DNA of 64,000 nucleotides. It comes from an uncultured virus (IMG/VR IMGVR_UViG_3300024352_000021) (lineage: Duplodnaviria > Heunggongvirae > Uroviricota > Caudoviricetes). Below the pieces are notes generated by a model. It saw only the letters and a list, made by a program, of their open reading frames with translations. It was not told the DNA's origin and did not search any database. The position numbers were made by a program, and so were the translations under genes. Numbering within the stretch: the first letter of the stretch is position 1; each line of letters opens with the position of its first letter. Below are positions 17,147 to 26,767 of the stretch, in pieces. Location: IMG/VR virus record IMGVR_UViG_3300024352_000021. One strand, given 5' to 3'.

Positions 17147-20100
17147 GTGGCTTACAGAGCCGATATCGAAATTGCGGTACGCGGCGCCCAAGATCTGAAG
17201 CGCTTACAGAATGAAATATCGACTGCTTCAAAGCTAGTCAATCAACTTAATCAGTACATTGAAACTTTTGGCGGACCTTCTATTGTCCGTAGTATTCGTA
17301 ACTTAAAAGATGTTGTAGGTGAAGCCGCTACAGCGTTTAATAAAGCAGCTCTAGGTACTGATGAAGCGACTATTGCAGCCAAGAAATATATTGAAGCTAC
17401 GGCAGAACTTAATGCAGGGTTACGTGAACGTAAAGAATTACTTTCAAGCATCACAGAGCAAGAACGTAAAGCCCGACTGGCCCGTTCTGGTATTGTCGAA
17501 GTAACTCAGTACGGAGGTCCAATTGGACCGGGACAAGCTAGTCCTGTGGCCTTGCGTTCAGAATTGCGTGGGCGTACACAACAAATTCTCGATGAGCGTA
17601 AAGGCGCAAAAGAACTTGAATTAGCTCTACTGGAACTTGAAGAAAGGCGTAGAACAGAAACAAATGCCATGCTGGACGCTAAAGCTGCGTCGGTAGCTCT
17701 GCGTGCTGAAAGGGAAAAAGAAGTATTTCTTGCAGGTAAAACACAATTTGCAGAACCGATTGGTCCTGGCCAAGTCTCCCCGGTGGCACTTAGCAGCAGA
17801 GTAGAAGGGCGCATACAAAGTATTCTTCAAGAACGACAAGGCCGCAAAGAATTAAATGCAGTTCTTGAAGACCAGTTTGAGAAAGAAAGACAACTGCAAA
17901 ACAATCGTCTTGACGAAAAAGCTGCACAAGTACAGGCAGCCCTAGACAAACAAACTGCTGCCACTGCTGAGACAGCCGCACAAACAGCAAAGTTAAATGA
18001 GAGAACTCTAGAATTTACAGCGCGTACAGACCAAGCAGCTCGTGCTGCGCGAGCGCAAACAGCTGAGTATCTGCGCCAGCAGCGCATTCTCAAAGAACTA
18101 CGAAAAACACAAGCAACTGCTCCTGCAGGAGGTTTCCCCGTAGAAGGACCTATGGCAAGTCCGGGTTTCCGGGGTATGCAGCGCAACGTAGGTAAATTCG
18201 GAGAAAACCTAGCCCTTGGCGCAGGTTTTCCTTTGCTTTTTGGGGGTGGCCCCGGTGCTGTTGCTGGTTCTGTGCTTGGTTCATTCGTAGGCACAGGTTT
18301 TGGTGGTCAAATTCTTGGCGGGGCTATTGGACAAGTTTTGGACCAAACGCTGATAAAAATTAAAGACATAGGTAATGCAATTAAGCAGTTAAATTTTGAC
18401 ACTCTTACCGAGTCAGGAATTAAATTTTCAGCTGAAGTACAATCACAGCTAGACTTACTTCTGCAAGTCGGAGATGCGTTAACAGCACAAAAAATTGTAA
18501 GCCAAGAAGTTGCTCGTGAGACAGGAACACTACCTGGTGTAACTGAAGATGTAGCCAATAGTGTGAACATACTGAATGACTCTTGGCGTAAAACAATAAA
18601 TGCCGTAAGCACCACAGCAGGGATTATCGCTGCCCCCTTAGCAGTCGCGCTAGCCGGTGTACTAGAAACAGTAAATAGTATCTTTAGAGTTTTAAATGGA
18701 GTGCTTAGTTTAATCGGTACAGGAATTAAAACAGCTGCAGAATTTGTTATCGAGTTGATCGGAGGTAAGGATGCTATTGAATTTATCAATAACGGTATAG
18801 ATAAATTGAACAGCGGTCTTAGTGAAGCTACTGCCCGAGCTGCTGAATTTCGTAACACTATTAACCAAGCCGTAGTGCAATCAAGTATTGAGTTACGGGC
18901 CACTAAAGCGCTTACACCTGGTGTAACAACAGAGGATAAGCTTACAAATATAAATGTTCAAAAGCAAAAAGAACTCGATCTTTTGTTTCAGGATGAAATA
19001 GATGCCCGCATTAAAATTCGCCAAGAAAATGCAAAAGCCTCAATAGAAACTGTAGAAGGGTTAATAAAACAAAATACATTGCTGTTTAAAAACAAACGGG
19101 AAAACATCGAGATAAATGCGCAGAGACAAATTACGGCTGAAATTCAACGCAACCAAGCTGAACTGGATCGCAGGGCCGCGCAGGAATTAGAGCGTCAACG
19201 TAAAGAGCTAGAGCGTATAGCTAAAAAACGTATGGAGCAGATGGACACTGCTCAACGTAACTATGTCCTAGCTGAAGCCGAAATAGGCATACTTACAGCC
19301 GTAAATGACGAGGCAAAAGCACAAGCGGAATACGATAAAGCACGCGTAGAGCGTATGTACTCATTTTCCGAACTGCTTAAAAACGCGCTAAGTGACGAAG
19401 AGCGTGAGAGTTATTTGCAAACTCAGTACCTTAATGCGTTAGGTGCACAGGTTGTCTTAGACAAAAAACTACTAGACATACAGAAAGAGCAGACCGCAGA
19501 GCTATACAAACAACTAGATGCTTCGGGCATTTTGAATGACCAAGTACAAAAACGCTTAAAGCGTGGTGCTATGCCCGAAGGTGGCGCAGATAGACGCATT
19601 GGGATTATGGGTTTTACGTCTGGACTTAACCTAGACCCCAACGATAAAGCAGCGCAAAAATATGAAGAAATGAAGCAACGCTTAAAAGAATTATCTGACC
19701 CAATCAACATGGCTGAACAAGGTGCATTAGCGATCGGTGATGCTTTTAGCACTGCTTTCCAAGGAATTATCAGTGGTACGCAGACTACCCAAGAAGCCTT
19801 AAGTAATTTCTTCAAAGGTGTCGGTGATGCGTTTATAAGCATGGCCACCGAAATTATTGCCCAGATGGTTGTTATGTTTGCCTTTAAACAACTACTTGGT
19901 TTGTTTGGAGGTGGCGGTAACGGTGGAATGTTCAAAGGCGCTGGACCGTACGCTATGCCGAAAGGCCCAGGTTTTGCGGAAGGCTTCTCGTTACCTAAAC
20001 TTTACGCGGAAGGCGGCTTTGTCACTGGACCCACCAATGCCCTAATTGGCGAAGGCGGCGAGCCAGAGTACGTCATCCCCGCCAGCAAGATGCGTTCTGC

Positions 20101-20374
20101 AATGGGACGCTACGCATCCGGTGCTCGTGGTTCCAGTGTTATCCCGACAGGCAGCGATGGCGGCGAAATGGGCGGCACCGCCACAATGGCACCAGCAGCC
20201 ATCGACGTTCGCTACACCGTGGAACGCATCAACTCGGTGGATTACGTCACCGCCGATCAATTCCGTCAGGGGATGCAGCAGGCTGCCGCACAGGGTGCCG
20301 CTCGCGGTGAGCAAGCCACAATCCGCCGCCTGCAACAGTCCCGTTCTACCCGTAGCCGCTTAGGTATCAGCTAA
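17147..20374 (+). CDS. Tape measure protein
   Basis: 1075 aa, helical, Ala/Gln-rich; C-terminal AEGGFVTGPT..GEGGEPE motif. Confidence 0.85.
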   Translation: MAYRADIEIAVRGAQDLKRLQNEISTASKLVNQLNQYIETFGGPSIVRSIRNLKDVVGEAATAFNKAALGTDEATIAAKKYIEATAELNAGLRERKELLSSITEQERKARLARSGIVEVTQYGGPIGPGQASPVALRSELRGRTQQILDERKGAKELELALLELEERRRTETNAMLDAKAASVALRAEREKEVFLAGKTQFAEPIGPGQVSPVALSSRVEGRIQSILQERQGRKELNAVLEDQFEKERQLQNNRLDEKAAQVQAALDKQTAATAETAAQTAKLNERTLEFTARTDQAARAARAQTAEYLRQQRILKELRKTQATAPAGGFPVEGPMASPGFRGMQRNVGKFGENLALGAGFPLLFGGGPGAVAGSVLGSFVGTGFGGQILGGAIGQVLDQTLIKIKDIGNAIKQLNFDTLTESGIKFSAEVQSQLDLLLQVGDALTAQKIVSQEVARETGTLPGVTEDVANSVNILNDSWRKTINAVSTTAGIIAAPLAVALAGVLETVNSIFRVLNGVLSLIGTGIKTAAEFVIELIGGKDAIEFINNGIDKLNSGLSEATARAAEFRNTINQAVVQSSIELRATKALTPGVTTEDKLTNINVQKQKELDLLFQDEIDARIKIRQENAKASIETVEGLIKQNTLLFKNKRENIEINAQRQITAEIQRNQAELDRRAAQELERQRKELERIAKKRMEQMDTAQRNYVLAEAEIGILTAVNDEAKAQAEYDKARVERMYSFSELLKNALSDEERESYLQTQYLNALGAQVVLDKKLLDIQKEQTAELYKQLDASGILNDQVQKRLKRGAMPEGGADRRIGIMGFTSGLNLDPNDKAAQKYEEMKQRLKELSDPINMAEQGALAIGDAFSTAFQGIISGTQTTQEALSNFFKGVGDAFISMATEIIAQMVVMFAFKQLLGLFGGGGNGGMFKGAGPYAMPKGPGFAEGFSLPKLYAEGGFVTGPTNALIGEGGEPEYVIPASKMRSAMGRYASGARGSSVIPTGSDGGEMGGTATMAPAAIDVRYTVERINSVDYVTADQFRQGMQQAAAQGAARGEQATIRRLQQSRSTRSRLGIS

Positions 20375-20868
20375 TGAGTACCGGACCCGAGTTTGACGAC
20401 AACATTGCCTACGGTTGCCTGCTAAGCATCTCCGAAAAAGGCGCCGGCCCCCGCTACACACTGCAGAACTTCTTTTCGACCGACAACATCGACCACAATG
20501 GCGGCGTGTACGGCTTCGCACCATTTGGATGGAGCGGCGTCACGGTCAACCGCAACGGCGACAACCAAACCACCAACCTGATTTTCCCGAACAACGGCCT
20601 GACGCAGACGATTGCCGCCAAGATCCTGAACCAGGCCGGATGGCGCGTCGAAGTCGAGACCATGCTGTTTGACCCAGACGACCGCACCAAATTCCGATCA
20701 CTAAGCAGCTACACCGGCATGGTCGTCGGCGGCATCTTCTCCGGTCCCACAATTGAGCTCGAGCTGGGCAACATCCTCGACGCCGTCGGGGCCGACGTCC
20801 CTCGTCGACGGCTTACGGAAGATCTCTTCGGTCCACTGCCCACCACCGCCAATGTGCGACTGCAGTGA
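20374..20868 (+). CDS. Minor tail protein
   Basis: Coupled to tape measure gene; position. Confidence 0.6.
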   Translation: MSTGPEFDDNIAYGCLLSISEKGAGPRYTLQNFFSTDNIDHNGGVYGFAPFGWSGVTVNRNGDNQTTNLIFPNNGLTQTIAAKILNQAGWRVEVETMLFDPDDRTKFRSLSSYTGMVVGGIFSGPTIELELGNILDAVGADVPRRRLTEDLFGPLPTTANVRLQ

Positions 20869-21220
20869 CCTCGTTGGCAAGCCGTACCGCCTTGGCGCAG
20901 ATGGCAGCGATGGCGCAATCGACTGCATCCATTTGGTCTACACAGTATTGGGCAGATTAGGCATCCCCACGCCTGAGTTCCAAGCTGACTGGTACACCGC
21001 CGACATTAAAACGGTCTTACGCGACATCCACAAATGGGGTCGTCGTGTTGCACAGCCGCAGTACGATGGTGACGTGGTAATGCTTGCCCACGACAACTGG
21101 GCTTTTGGGGTTACGTGGCAAGACGGCATTTTCTACATCAATCGGGATCTGCTGAAGGTGGCTTGGCTCCCTTTGTGCGCAGCACCCAAATGCCGCTGTT
21201 ACCGTATGAAAAAGATCTAA
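20852..21220 (+). CDS. NlpC/P60-like tail assembly protein
   Basis: GKPYRLGADG..IDCIHLV, GDVV motifs. Confidence 0.65.
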   Translation: MCDCSDLVGKPYRLGADGSDGAIDCIHLVYTVLGRLGIPTPEFQADWYTADIKTVLRDIHKWGRRVAQPQYDGDVVMLAHDNWAFGVTWQDGIFYINRDLLKVAWLPLCAAPKCRCYRMKKI

Positions 21221-24200
21221 TTGAACTTCTCGGGCTTACGGAGGAAGAGTATAAAGCGCACAAAAAAGAATTACTTTGGCAAAACAGAGAGCGTTCGGCT
21301 GAATATGCGCATATACCAGATATTCGATGCGATCCCCTAACAATCAGCATCATCAGCCTAGTTGTAGGTGTTTTGTCAACAGCTGCTAGTTATCTTTTAA
21401 CACCCAAACCAGCCCAAGCCAATCAAGCTCGCATCCGCAACCGCCAGCTCGACAACATTGTTGGCCGCGATCGTTTCGCCCCGACCTACGGGTTTCAAGC
21501 TGGGCAGGACATCAGCCGCTACGGCGAAAGCATCCCCATCGTTTTCACCAAACAAATTCCCGGCTGGCGCCCGAACGAATACATCGGCGGCGTGATGATC
21601 AGCCCCAAGCTGGTTTGGTCTCGTCTCTTTAGCTGGGGCAACTACCAATCTGCTGACCTTGTATTCCTCGTCGGCCAAGGTCGCATGGGGCGTGGTCCGT
21701 ACAACACCGCAGCCGACATTGCAGCCGACCGCGCTGGCTTGTACATCGGTCAAACCCCGCTCGATACCTTCAACGAAAACGATTACCGCTGGTACTACTA
21801 CCAAGGCGGCGAACCAAACGCCAACGGCATTGGGTACAGCAGCGATAGCCGCCTACTCGGCATCCATGGTCGCTACGGCGGTTTTGGTCCTGTAATAGCC
21901 GACACTAACAACGCTTTTTACGCTCCGACGTTTGCCGGCGGCGACAGCGAAGCCTTTTCCCACAGCTACTCGCCTAGCAACCAACTGCGCTTTGGCGCAT
22001 ACAACGCCATCCCTAACGGCACCCCGTTACGCCTGAATTGGGAGGTTATCTCTCGCCCCCATGACGCACAGGACGACGTAAAAGAAGATGCCAACGCCAG
22101 GCGCCTACAGATCGCGGGTAACTTCGGGATGCGTGGCACAGGACGCAACTACCCCCGCTTCATCGGCATCACCGAATACATAAATACCAAATTTAACGAC
22201 ATTGTTGATAACGGCTTAAAAATCGACACCGTTACAAAAGGCGAGAAGATTACCCTTGTTTTCGGCAATGTTATTTTAGACAAAACAGATCTTCAATCCC
22301 AAGGCTTCAATCACGACCCCGATCGCTTTAGAACCGGGAGTGTTGATAACGAAGGAGTCATTTCGGAAATTATCAGCGAACTAGAAAAAGTTGACGAACT
22401 TCTCCAGGTAAACGAACGCTTCGTAATCGGAAACTGTTTGTACCGAGTGGTTAAACGTGAATCTTCTCCCGCTAACGAGGAGACATTTTCTCGTTCCAAC
22501 AAGCGCACCCTCTTCACCGTAACGCTTGAGTGCGAAGAAGTCTTTGACGATGGTTACGTACCCAATGGAAAAGGAAGCATTGGCATCGTCAACCGGGCTC
22601 TAATCATTAACGACAAAGCCCTCCAAGAAAACCTTAACGGCCCGCGTGTCGATATCGGACAAGCTTGGTATCCCATCTGCCAGCAGGACATCGCCACGTT
22701 CCAGAACGTCCGCTCGTGCTCGTACACCGAGATCGGCATCCGCTCGCAGGTCTGGCTGCGTTTCAACGGTCTTGCCAATTTCATTTCAATCCCTGGTCCA
22801 GAAAAGCTGGCGGACCTCGATGACCGCAACATCCAAGTGCGCGGCGGCACCATCCAGAGCTATTCCACGCGCTACAGCTTTTTCTCGGTCTACATCCGTT
22901 CCGCCACTGCTGCCCCCAGCGATAGCTGGATTCGCCTGAACGACAAGCCTCTGGCTGTCAAAGGCAACGCACCACGCGACCTGTTCAATTACTTACGCAT
23001 CGGTCACCCACTCGGTCAGTGGGAGTTCCGCATCCGCCCGATCAATTCCGGCGAACTGGTGCAGATCGTTGGACGTGACTCAATGTTTGTCCGCTTGGAC
23101 ACCAACGAAAATTTCATCCAGATCAAAACAAACGCCCAACAGCAAGTTTTTACGCTCTACACCAAAGGCGTAGAAGAGCGCATTGCAGATATTGCGGTCA
23201 ATGCCGAGATGATTAACGGGAGACGCAGTGATCCCGTCAACTCTGTGGACGTTGATTTCAATGTCAACCTAGTCAAAGCAGAAGTTGAAGGCCGGGATGC
23301 GAACGACAAAGAAGTCAGCAACGGTATTACCAAGGCAATCAACAACGATCCCGACCAAGATGCCAGTGAAAGTCCTTATGCCAACGCACCGTGGCGCTCG
23401 CAAACACCCGAGGGTGGGACATACGTTTTTACTGACGCCGAGGCTGCGCTGTTTAAGGTCACCAATGGCGCCAAGGAAATGAAACTGAAAATGAAGCTTC
23501 AGTCTCAGAAGTTCCTCGGACCCTATAACAACAACCGCGAGTGGTGGTGGCGCATCATCGAGATTGAACCCATCGACATTTCCCCTGCCAAAACAAACAA
23601 GACCTGGAATGATGGCGAAACCTTCCAAGTCAAGAAAGAACTATTTGACGGTCGCCAGATCACTTACACGTTCCGTCTGAACATCACAAAGAAAAACCAG
23701 CAAACCAACGTAGATGACGCCGATCGTATTTTTGAGGGCAACTCAGCCATTTCGGAAGTCTCGCACTATGGCGGTTTGATCACCCGCAGTTGCGACAACA
23801 ACGCTGAGCACGAAATCGTCTACGTCAACGAAAGCATCGATCCCGGCACCAACGCCTCATACGAGGGCTGTGCAATGGCGGGCTTAAAAATCCGCAGTTC
23901 CCGCAACCTCACCTCGCTGGAGCAACTGCACATCTACCAAAAGAACGGAATCCAAGTTCCGATCCGTCGCTTCACGCAGTTCAACAACTTCATCGACAGC
24001 GCCCCCGCCGCATCCAACATCTTCACCGACCTAGTGCGCTACCTGCTGATGAACAGGCAAGCAGGTCTTGGCGAGTTGTTCAGCTCTGACCTGATCGACG
24101 AAGCGGCGATGGCAACCACAGCCCGCTACTTGGAGATCAACGGTTTTTACTACGACGACGTAATCACCGAGCCCGTCAACATCCGCGATTTTGTCGCCGG

Positions 24201-25038
24201 CATCGCCCCCTCGTTGCTGTGCAACATGGTGACCAAGAACGGCAAGTTTGCACTGGAGCCTGCGCTGCCGTATCACAGCAACGGTTTGATCAGCAACCCG
24301 GTCCTAGCTGACGTACCCATCAAAGCCATCTTCACCGAGGGCAACATCCTCGAAGACACCTTCGAACTGCGCTACCTAAACGCGGAAGAACGCAAGCCCA
24401 TGAAGGTGGCACTTCGCTACCGCAGCGAATACCCCGATCGTTTCCCGGAAGAGCGCACCATCGTTGTCGGCTACAACAACGCACCGGAGTGGAACAACGC
24501 TCCAATCGAAGAGTTCAATTACACCCACATCACCAGCTACGACCACGCCCTGACCGTGGCTCGTTACTTCCTTGCCATCCGCCGCTACGTCACCCACACG
24601 ATCAGCTTCAAGACCACCCCCTACGGCATCTCGCTGGCACCGGGCAACTACATCCGCGTGATCACCGAGCAAAACATTTACAACGCCACCTACAACAACG
24701 GCATCATCTTGGGTGATGGCACCGTCGTCTCAGTCGAACCGCTGGCACTGAATCAGAACCACGACGTATATCTCTGGGAACGTCAGAACAGCAACGTCGA
24801 AGAAACCAGCATCTTTATTGATCTAGACGGCAAAGCATTTAGCAAGCAAGATGCCATCTTTGCTGTGCGTAACGCCACCACAAGCAACCAAACCTATGTC
24901 GTCGAATCACTGCAAATCGACGAAGACGGACTGGTGCAAATTGTCGCCAGTCACTTCCCGGTCACCAGCGGCAACAAGAGCTTGATTGCCGAGCAAGTCA
25001 CAGTGACTGCCCCCTTTACAATAGAAACGATGGCCTGA
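21190..25038 (+). CDS. Tail tip/host-specificity protein (lambda J-like)
   Basis: ~1280 aa; YGESIPIVF motif and C-terminal tail-tip-like region. Confidence 0.75.
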   Translation: MPLLPYEKDLIELLGLTEEEYKAHKKELLWQNRERSAEYAHIPDIRCDPLTISIISLVVGVLSTAASYLLTPKPAQANQARIRNRQLDNIVGRDRFAPTYGFQAGQDISRYGESIPIVFTKQIPGWRPNEYIGGVMISPKLVWSRLFSWGNYQSADLVFLVGQGRMGRGPYNTAADIAADRAGLYIGQTPLDTFNENDYRWYYYQGGEPNANGIGYSSDSRLLGIHGRYGGFGPVIADTNNAFYAPTFAGGDSEAFSHSYSPSNQLRFGAYNAIPNGTPLRLNWEVISRPHDAQDDVKEDANARRLQIAGNFGMRGTGRNYPRFIGITEYINTKFNDIVDNGLKIDTVTKGEKITLVFGNVILDKTDLQSQGFNHDPDRFRTGSVDNEGVISEIISELEKVDELLQVNERFVIGNCLYRVVKRESSPANEETFSRSNKRTLFTVTLECEEVFDDGYVPNGKGSIGIVNRALIINDKALQENLNGPRVDIGQAWYPICQQDIATFQNVRSCSYTEIGIRSQVWLRFNGLANFISIPGPEKLADLDDRNIQVRGGTIQSYSTRYSFFSVYIRSATAAPSDSWIRLNDKPLAVKGNAPRDLFNYLRIGHPLGQWEFRIRPINSGELVQIVGRDSMFVRLDTNENFIQIKTNAQQQVFTLYTKGVEERIADIAVNAEMINGRRSDPVNSVDVDFNVNLVKAEVEGRDANDKEVSNGITKAINNDPDQDASESPYANAPWRSQTPEGGTYVFTDAEAALFKVTNGAKEMKLKMKLQSQKFLGPYNNNREWWWRIIEIEPIDISPAKTNKTWNDGETFQVKKELFDGRQITYTFRLNITKKNQQTNVDDADRIFEGNSAISEVSHYGGLITRSCDNNAEHEIVYVNESIDPGTNASYEGCAMAGLKIRSSRNLTSLEQLHIYQKNGIQVPIRRFTQFNNFIDSAPAASNIFTDLVRYLLMNRQAGLGELFSSDLIDEAAMATTARYLEINGFYYDDVITEPVNIRDFVAGIAPSLLCNMVTKNGKFALEPALPYHSNGLISNPVLADVPIKAIFTEGNILEDTFELRYLNAEERKPMKVALRYRSEYPDRFPEERTIVVGYNNAPEWNNAPIEEFNYTHITSYDHALTVARYFLAIRRYVTHTISFKTTPYGISLAPGNYIRVITEQNIYNATYNNGIILGDGTVVSVEPLALNQNHDVYLWERQNSNVEETSIFIDLDGKAFSKQDAIFAVRNATTSNQTYVVESLQIDEDGLVQIVASHFPVTSGNKSLIAEQVTVTAPFTIETMA

Positions 25039-25042
25039 TCCA

Positions 25043-25423
25043 ATGGCTTTCCCCGACCTAAAACCAACCGCCCGCTCGGTCCGCCTTGGTGATTGGCCGG
25101 TCAAATCATTTCGCTCACAAAACGGCAAGGAATATCGCGTCGTTTACGGCGACAAGCGCGTCGGACAAGAACTGGAACTGACGTTTGAAAATATCTCAGA
25201 TTCCAACGCCAATGATTTCATCGGGCACTACAACTCATCGAAAGGCACCTACGACACGTTCACGATTGAGCCCAACACCCGCGCTGGCTGGGGCTTAGGT
25301 GGAACGACCCCCTTTGATGCACCAAACGCCAGCCTGTATCGCTATGCCGAGGCTCCACAAATCACTAGCGTGAGACCTGGGCGTAGCACTGTTACCGTTC
25401 GCCTAGTGAGCGTCCTCCGATGA
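25043..25423 (+). CDS. Tail protein
   Basis: Position within the tail module. Confidence 0.55.
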   Translation: MAFPDLKPTARSVRLGDWPVKSFRSQNGKEYRVVYGDKRVGQELELTFENISDSNANDFIGHYNSSKGTYDTFTIEPNTRAGWGLGGTTPFDAPNASLYRYAEAPQITSVRPGRSTVTVRLVSVLR

Positions 25424-25851
25424 GCAAGATCTATACAGGCCGCGACGGCAAAATGCTCGGACCTCGCGGTGCCGCTGCTGCGGTCGAATACGGCAAGGTC
25501 ACCAACTGGACGCTCCAAGCAGACCTTGAAACGCTGGAAACCACCAGCCTCGGAGACACGCAGCGCAGCTATACCCCTGGCGTGCAGTCTTTTAGCGGTA
25601 GCGCCACGCTTCTGTACTACAACGACGGCACCAACAACGACGCCAGCGCACTACTGCAGCAGATCATCAAAACCGGCGCAGTCACCACGCCTGTTCGTTT
25701 GACGTTGCGACTGACGGATGGTGCTGTCAATAGTGACGCCACCTTTGACGCCTACATCACCAGCGCCAGCATCGGCGCTTCCGTCGGCGAAGTTTCCTCG
25801 GCGCAGATCAGCTTCCAAGCCACTGGCGCCCTTGCCACTGCGACCTTGTAA
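25420..25851 (+). CDS. Tail-tube-fold protein
   Basis: VTNWTLQADLETLETTSLGD..FSGSATL resembles the tube protein core. Confidence 0.6.
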   Translation: MSKIYTGRDGKMLGPRGAAAAVEYGKVTNWTLQADLETLETTSLGDTQRSYTPGVQSFSGSATLLYYNDGTNNDASALLQQIIKTGAVTTPVRLTLRLTDGAVNSDATFDAYITSASIGASVGEVSSAQISFQATGALATATL

Positions 25852-26741
25852 TGAGCGTCTACCTCGGCACTTACGGTTACGTCGCGCTTCGCCGCAAATC
25901 CGGCGGCCAAAAGCTGCAGGTCTTGCTTCGCATCGGTGACGTAAACGCTGGCGCCAATCGGTTTGCACTGCAGGTCGACAACAACGCGATAGTCACAGGT
26001 GACCTGCTCTACATCCAAAACAACACCAACCAAGTCCTCGATTTCGTAGCAGCTAGCGGCTGGCAGGACAACCAACAACACCGTGACGGCAACTGGTACG
26101 TCAACGTTGACGACCTCGGCGGCATCCGCCTTTTCACGACCTACGCCAAGGCAGTTAGTGGTAATTCAGCCGATGCGGTTGACCTCGTTACCCCAGCAGC
26201 CGACCTCAGCATCAACCTCAGCATTGAGAACAGCAACTTTCTGACCCTCGGGAAAGTCACCAGCTACGAACTGAGCACACAACGCGAGGCGATCGACACC
26301 ACAGCTTTGAGCGATAGCTTCCGCTCGCAGTTCGGTGCGCTCATGTCCGGCTCGGGCAACATCCAAGCCCAGTGGAGCTATCAAAACGCCGGCGAGCAAG
26401 CCAACTACCTGCTGCAACTGGCGCTTCGCACCGAGATCGGCAGCGAGTTTGACGCGCAGTTCTTCCTCAAGACCGCCAACTATTCGCCTGAAATGGGTAT
26501 TGGCGACACCGATGACGAGATCTTTTACGAAGTTTCTGGCGTCATCACCCAAGCTGGCATCGCCTTTTCACCTGACTCGGTAGTACAAGTCAACGCCGAT
26601 TTCGTAACGACCGGTCCCATCCGATTGAAAGTACGTACGTTGAGTTACGACGAACTGCTGCAGGAAGACAGCTCTCGTTTGTTGCTTGACACGCTTCCTG
26701 CCGTGGCTGGTGGTTCGATTCTGCTGGAGTCATCTCAGTAG
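25851..26741 (+). CDS. Tail protein with C-terminal tube-like domain
   Basis: VTSYELSTQREAIDTTALSD..GSGNIQ. Confidence 0.6.
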   Translation: MSVYLGTYGYVALRRKSGGQKLQVLLRIGDVNAGANRFALQVDNNAIVTGDLLYIQNNTNQVLDFVAASGWQDNQQHRDGNWYVNVDDLGGIRLFTTYAKAVSGNSADAVDLVTPAADLSINLSIENSNFLTLGKVTSYELSTQREAIDTTALSDSFRSQFGALMSGSGNIQAQWSYQNAGEQANYLLQLALRTEIGSEFDAQFFLKTANYSPEMGIGDTDDEIFYEVSGVITQAGIAFSPDSVVQVNADFVTTGPIRLKVRTLSYDELLQEDSSRLLLDTLPAVAGGSILLESSQ

Positions 26742-26767
26742 ACTGACAATCAAGGGCTTTAGGTGCC

